From positions 1 through 36,794 of IMG/VR virus record IMGVR_UViG_3300040957_000036: 36,794 bases of DNA. The stretch is one strand, 5' to 3'. The position numbers were made by a program, and so were the translations under genes. The notes below the pieces were generated by a model, which saw only the letters and a list, made by a program, of their open reading frames with translations, was not told the DNA's origin and did not search any database. The DNA is from a virus (taxonomy: Duplodnaviria; Caudoviricetes). Shown one piece after another: positions 32,596-36,794 of this stretch (position 1 is its first letter; each line of letters starts with the position of its first letter).

Positions 32596-34493
32596 CAGTG
32601 CACCATTTTCTTGCCAACCAGCGTGCCGGTGTAGGTTATCACAAAAGTTTCGTTCGGGCCGGCCTCAGTAGTGAAATCGGTTGTACCGAGAGCTGCCGGC
32701 AAGATCGAAACTCCGCCTTCCGTTACGTCCGTGATTGTAGTTGCTGACCAGTAGTCTGTCTCGGGTGAAGAGCCAGTTTTATATGTGAAAGGCGAGCCGC
32801 CTGTGGAAATGGACGCCGCTCCCACGGGATTATAGCCGGTATTATTATAGATGACATTTGGATAACTTGACACAGCCCCGCTATTTACGACTGGAAGCGT
32901 GCAGGCATAAATGTAATTGTCATGAACCGTAACTGAAGCCGACGCAGCATCGAGTAGTATGCACCTTGAATTCGTTCCATTGAAATTGTAGATTTGATTA
33001 TCATGTATTATTCCTCCCAATGGGGGGGAATTCTCTACGGTACCTATTTCTATAGCAGAGTTATCTGCTACACCATTTAAAGCATCAAACACGTTATCGG
33101 CGATAACGAAACCTGCAGCCTGATTTAACACTATACCTTCTTGCAATGTTGCCTGAGGTAAAAATAAGTTACCGATTATTTGTACCGGAGTTACCGCAGT
33201 CGACACTTCAATACTTGTAGCATAGTTTGCCGAGTTTGTAGCGAATTGACTTCCTACTACGGTTAACTGGGACAAGTTTCCCGTATCGCTGGCTGGAACG
33301 AATATGCCGTAGAAGTCGCCAGTAAAATTACTGCTAGCCACGACAACGCCCTGCACATAGGATCCGTATTGTAAACCTACATTTAGGCTAGATAGATTGC
33401 ATGACACGAAGTTGAACCCAACGGCATATGTGGCACTTGCTGGATTACCGCTTAATATCACTCCATTTCCAGCGGTACCTCCAGATGGGCCGAACACAGA
33501 TAATGCGGTAAAGTTTACGTTCGATACATTGTTAACCACTACGCCGATTTGCCAATAATCTGTAACAGCATATCCATCGTTACCTCTGGCAGTAACCCTG
33601 GTTATGTCAGATTCTGCAAATATTGCCGGGTTTGAATCGGTAACAGAATAATTCAACCAAATGGCCGTTCCGGAACTTGTCGTATTCGAGGTCGTAAGCG
33701 TCAGGTCGCGGATGTGCGCTGAACTCGTATATGAGTTGTAGTTGATTAATATGCCGCCTGAATTATTCGGCCAGTTCAAAATAGTATTATCCTGACCCGC
33801 GCCAATGATCGTGACCGATTTCGTTCCAGAGGAAATCGTGTAGGATATAGCGGAATTTACCTTGAAAATTCCGGCCGGAAACTGCACATATGAATTTGCC
33901 GCCAACGCGCTGTTGATCGCCGCTGAACTGTCCGCGGAGCCAGTAGGATCAGCACCCCACCATACTGGGTTCGCCGCGACCGAATTCGAGCACGTCCATG
34001 CACCAGTCCATCGCACGATAAGGTAGCCAATGCTATTGCAGTAGGCCGAATCGAACCATGATGTCGCCGTAGCAGCTCCAACCTTCCCGCCATTATCATA
34101 CAGGATATAACCGCTCGATCCGCTGGTTATAGCCGTCGTGCCTACGACGATTGAGCTTGCCACAGCAGTAGGCGAGCAGGTAGCCCCGAGTGTGCAATCC
34201 GCCCCATTGACTGTGACCGTGGGGCTAGTCCATGTGGCTGGCGAACTACCACCACCAGCCGATGTGAATAAATATCCAGAAGTTCCCGCAGTAGCAGGCA
34301 AGTTGAAATTGTACGCTCCCGCCGCGGAAGGGTTCAAAATGGTGACGAAGGCACCACTGGCCCCACCATTAGCTAAGCCTACGCCACCCGCCAACGTTCC
34401 AGGTATGCCAAGCATTGGTATAGCATTCTGCGCTACTGCGGGTAGCGAAAACAGCGTCAGCATTACCACTGCTAGTTTGCCTAAAATTTTCAT
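32595..34493 (-). CDS. Tailspike-like pectate-lyase-fold beta-helix protein with Sec signal peptide
   Basis: ATG 34493 behind AAGGGTGA; MKILGKLAVVMLTLFSLPAVA|Q; fibre motif FNLPATAGTSGYLFTS; beta-helix cap NPVWWGADPTGSADSSAAINSA..VQFPAGIF; Asn ladders. Confidence 0.85.
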   Translation of the reverse strand: MKILGKLAVVMLTLFSLPAVAQNAIPMLGIPGTLAGGVGLANGGASGAFVTILNPSAAGAYNFNLPATAGTSGYLFTSAGGGSSPATWTSPTVTVNGADCTLGATCSPTAVASSIVVGTTAITSGSSGYILYDNGGKVGAATATSWFDSAYCNSIGYLIVRWTGAWTCSNSVAANPVWWGADPTGSADSSAAINSALAANSYVQFPAGIFKVNSAISYTISSGTKSVTIIGAGQDNTILNWPNNSGGILINYNSYTSSAHIRDLTLTTSNTTSSGTAIWLNYSVTDSNPAIFAESDITRVTARGNDGYAVTDYWQIGVVVNNVSNVNFTALSVFGPSGGTAGNGVILSGNPASATYAVGFNFVSCNLSSLNVGLQYGSYVQGVVVASSNFTGDFYGIFVPASDTGNLSQLTVVGSQFATNSANYATSIEVSTAVTPVQIIGNLFLPQATLQEGIVLNQAAGFVIADNVFDALNGVADNSAIEIGTVENSPPLGGIIHDNQIYNFNGTNSRCILLDAASASVTVHDNYIYACTLPVVNSGAVSSYPNVIYNNTGYNPVGAASISTGGSPFTYKTGSSPETDYWSATTITDVTEGGVSILPAALGTTDFTTEAGPNETFVITYTGTLVGKKMVH

Positions 34494-34498
34494 GTCGA

Positions 34499-34774
34499 TC
34501 ACCCTTGCGATATTGCGACCAAAGACCCGTTGACCCATGGGTGCCCGACAACATGTGGGTTCGATGTTGGGAGGCTTGCTACTAAGGCATTGATTAGATC
34601 AGAGGCCGAAATAGCCCCGGTTAATCCAGCAACACTAAGGACAGTGTTAATGTTATCCAGATCATAAAGTGAATTATTAGTACTTTTTATGATAAACCAC
34701 CCGTTTTTACTATCCGAAAGAACAGTAACGAGTTTGGGCGTATCCTTTACAGGGGTTACTACAAGACCACTCAC
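34499..34774 (-). CDS. Short tail-fibre/adaptor protein A
   Basis: GTG behind AAGGGAGG; N-terminus paralogous to 31785..32273; ends with fibre-type motif LPTSNPHVVGHPWVNGSLVAISQG. Confidence 0.7.
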   Translation of the reverse strand: MSGLVVTPVKDTPKLVTVLSDSKNGWFIIKSTNNSLYDLDNINTVLSVAGLTGAISASDLINALVASLPTSNPHVVGHPWVNGSLVAISQG

Positions 34775-34826
34775 GAGGACCTCCCTTAAAACGTGTTAAC
34801 TGAGTCTACCCAACCTACTACGTCTA
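34712..34826. repeat. Direct repeat, copy 2
   Basis: Partner of 32211-32325; spans fibre 3' end, RBS and adaptor 5' end. Confidence 0.95.
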
Positions 34827-36390
34827 CATGCCCACCAGCAACGCTGGCTTGGTAGTAGATACTATTAGACTCTAGCAAGATGTTAGTTTTCGTTGCGGCA
34901 ACTTCGCTTGCTAGAACCTGGAGATATACTGGAGCAGGGTTCTCATAAGCAGCAGACCCAAGTGTACCATAGTTATAATGCGTACTAGGAGCCACTGCAA
35001 TATTGGACGTAGCAGGTGTACCCAACTCTACGATACACTCCGTTGCTGTAGCAGGACTACCATACGCATTACCCGTTACCTGAAAAGCGGTCCATCCGCT
35101 AGTAGAACCGGAGATAGTAAAGGGAAATGCAGTGGTATTGCCAGAACCACTCGTTACATACCCGGCTCTTTTACCCTTCTGTAAAGTATTGTAGAAATGG
35201 CTACTACCGTCTGTGCTTATAGCCCCTACTCTCATAGAGAATGTATAACCTGAGGGCATAGAAGGAGACGTTGCAGAAAGAGAACCCAAACAGCTAAGCA
35301 CCGCTCCATTCGATATGTAGTAAGTGTAATACCACGTCGAAGTTGTCAGACTACCCGTATCAAGTCCAGCAGCACCAGTAGTAGTAAAGTCAATAGTACA
35401 AGTAGATGGAGAGGAAAAAGCTATACCCCGATTGCTAGAATTAGTTACTATAATATTTCCTACATTTAAATCTACTTTAGTAGTAGGTGTGCTGGCATTG
35501 TTACTTTGTACAAAGCCCATAGCTGATGCTAAAGCTAGACCCATAGATGCCGGGGGCACGGCAAAGGGTGTATAGCTTGTCACTAGCCAGTTACCCGAAC
35601 CTAAATATATAGCCGTTGCCGAGTCGTTAGCCTGTGTAACAATACTCACTTTCCCAGGTAGTATGAGGCTAGTGGCATTGTAGGTTAAAGTTAGCGAGCC
35701 AGAGAAAGTCAAGAGGTACAAAGGATAGTCCGTTTGGGCGGAAGACCCAAAGCTAGTAATAGTCGTGGCACCTGATATGCTAATGATGTGGGTAGGAGAC
35801 GTTCCAAGATCGGTTGTAGTGTTAGAGGATAGAGTTGATACTTTACCAAACAAATTAAAAGCATAAGGTGTAAGAAGATCGAATTGCGTACCATCGAAGA
35901 AAGCAACTACCGGGTTTCCTGCAACGATCTCACCGCCGGAGAGAGGTATAAGGCCGCTTGCTGACAACTTCAAAACTGCCGTTGCAGGAGTACCATTGTA
36001 GGCTAGCGTCAAAGCCCCTGTATTCGTATATCCCGCAATGAACTCTACTGTATTACCAGCACTCAGTGTGAACCCGGCTGGAGTTATCCCCGTTGCCACC
36101 GCTTGCACATTTGCAGTGCCTGTAGATGTACCCCCTGCATAGGTAGCACTACCCCCTTGGCCTTTAGACAATGGAGTAGTCAACCCTACGATAGAGGTAA
36201 TGTTAGAGTTAGCCCCTGCTTTAGCAGCATTAGCATTTACTTGGCTAGTTATGTACGCATAATTAGCCATGACTTGCCCAGCATCGGCAGTCGTACCATT
36301 AGTCAAGGTATAGGGTAGAGAACCAATAATCTGCGCTTGAGCAGTGGATAACCCTAACCATATCAAGAAAGCAGCTAAAAACCTAGTCAT
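34786..36390 (-). CDS. Tail fibre protein with Sec signal peptide
   Basis: ATG 36390 behind GGAG; MTRFLAAFLIWLGLSTAQA|QIIG; anchor-like YTLTNGTTADAGQVMANY; fibre modules GANSNITSIVGL, TNTGALTL, ISGATTITSFG, GLDTGSLTTSTWYY. Confidence 0.85.
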   Translation of the reverse strand: MTRFLAAFLIWLGLSTAQAQIIGSLPYTLTNGTTADAGQVMANYAYITSQVNANAAKAGANSNITSIVGLTTPLSKGQGGSATYAGGTSTGTANVQAVATGITPAGFTLSAGNTVEFIAGYTNTGALTLAYNGTPATAVLKLSASGLIPLSGGEIVAGNPVVAFFDGTQFDLLTPYAFNLFGKVSTLSSNTTTDLGTSPTHIISISGATTITSFGSSAQTDYPLYLLTFSGSLTLTYNATSLILPGKVSIVTQANDSATAIYLGSGNWLVTSYTPFAVPPASMGLALASAMGFVQSNNASTPTTKVDLNVGNIIVTNSSNRGIAFSSPSTCTIDFTTTGAAGLDTGSLTTSTWYYTYYISNGAVLSCLGSLSATSPSMPSGYTFSMRVGAISTDGSSHFYNTLQKGKRAGYVTSGSGNTTAFPFTISGSTSGWTAFQVTGNAYGSPATATECIVELGTPATSNIAVAPSTHYNYGTLGSAAYENPAPVYLQVLASEVAATKTNILLESNSIYYQASVAGGHVDVVGWVDSVNTF

Positions 36391-36392
36391 AC

Positions 36393-36794
36393 TCAAGCTC
36401 CAACAGCGCTGTAGTTTAACTTATAACCAAGTTTCTCTATTCTGGTATCGAACGAACCTAGTCTGAAGACAGGAGAAGAGTTACCCTTACCTGCAAAGTA
36501 AGCACGTTTAAAAACTATGGGGATAGCATAATCTAGTGCATAGGTAGCATATGCCTCAACTGTCCCAGCCCAAGGTGCGGCACCCCAAGTAAACGAACCC
36601 CATATAGTAGGGACTGCTCCTATATTTATCGTAGTGGAGGCTAATAAATTGTTCAGTTCATCGTAAACAAAAAAACTATAGTTATCGGTACTGCTCATCT
36701 GTAGGTTAATAGTTTGCTCAACAACAGAGTGCATAGACATATCATCCGTTGTTGGTAGCAAGGGAGTCTCGAACCCAAATTGTAACTGACTACC
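36393..36794 (-). CDS. C-terminal part of a podovirus tail tube/stabiliser-like protein (5' end outside window)
   Basis: Frame is open to the window edge; TIWGSFTWGAAPW motif; lies upstream of the tail fibre. Confidence 0.6.
   Translation of the reverse strand, partial: GSQLQFGFETPLLPTTDDMSMHSVVEQTINLQMSSTDNYSFFVYDELNNLLASTTINIGAVPTIWGSFTWGAAPWAGTVEAYATYALDYAIPIVFKRAYFAGKGNSSPVFRLGSFDTRIEKLGYKLNYSAVGA

Larger units (their letters stand above)
1..36794. mobile_element. Tailed bacteriophage (podovirus-like) genome segment
   Basis: Portal, terminase, PolA, primase-helicase, ejection proteins and tail fibres form tight operons. No host housekeeping genes, tape measure or sheath. CDSs run off both window ends. 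Confidence 0.95.

Noticed and set aside
443-36794. Numerous antisense and alternate-frame ORFs in the track (e.g. 3335..3904, 17764..18333, 28523..29167, 28612..29196)
   Set aside because: Shadows of well-supported genes with no RBS or recognisable motifs.

Overview
The whole window reads as one tailed-phage (podovirus-like) genome segment with no host genes. The left arm (minus strand) has a signal-peptide M15-type lysin running off the edge, a P22-like portal, terminase large subunit and an HNH gene. A non-coding control region at about 6.0-6.85 kb separates it from the plus-strand early/replication block: small early genes including two tandem paralogs with GCT-repeat alanine tracts, family A DNA polymerase, a CtrA/OmpR-like winged helix, Cas4-like nuclease, VRR-NUC-like nuclease, SNF2 helicase, SSB-like protein and AEP primase-helicase. 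The right arm (minus strand) has a PurD-like ATP-grasp enzyme, ejection proteins, a GNAT and tail fibre/tailspike genes. Capsid, scaffold and TerS were not identified. Promoter style, CtrA-like boxes and the winged helix suggest an alphaproteobacterial host (inference). Most unusual: (1) the tail fibre, tailspike and a partner protein carry textbook Sec signal peptides, suggesting exported receptor-binding proteins; (2) the tailspike module lies between 115-bp direct repeats; (3) a candidate ~100-nt anti-Shine-Dalgarno small RNA; (4) promoters predicted to start inside RBS-hiding hairpins; (5) a TerL with an apparent second, degenerate nuclease domain. All calls come from motif reading by eye; no searches were run.
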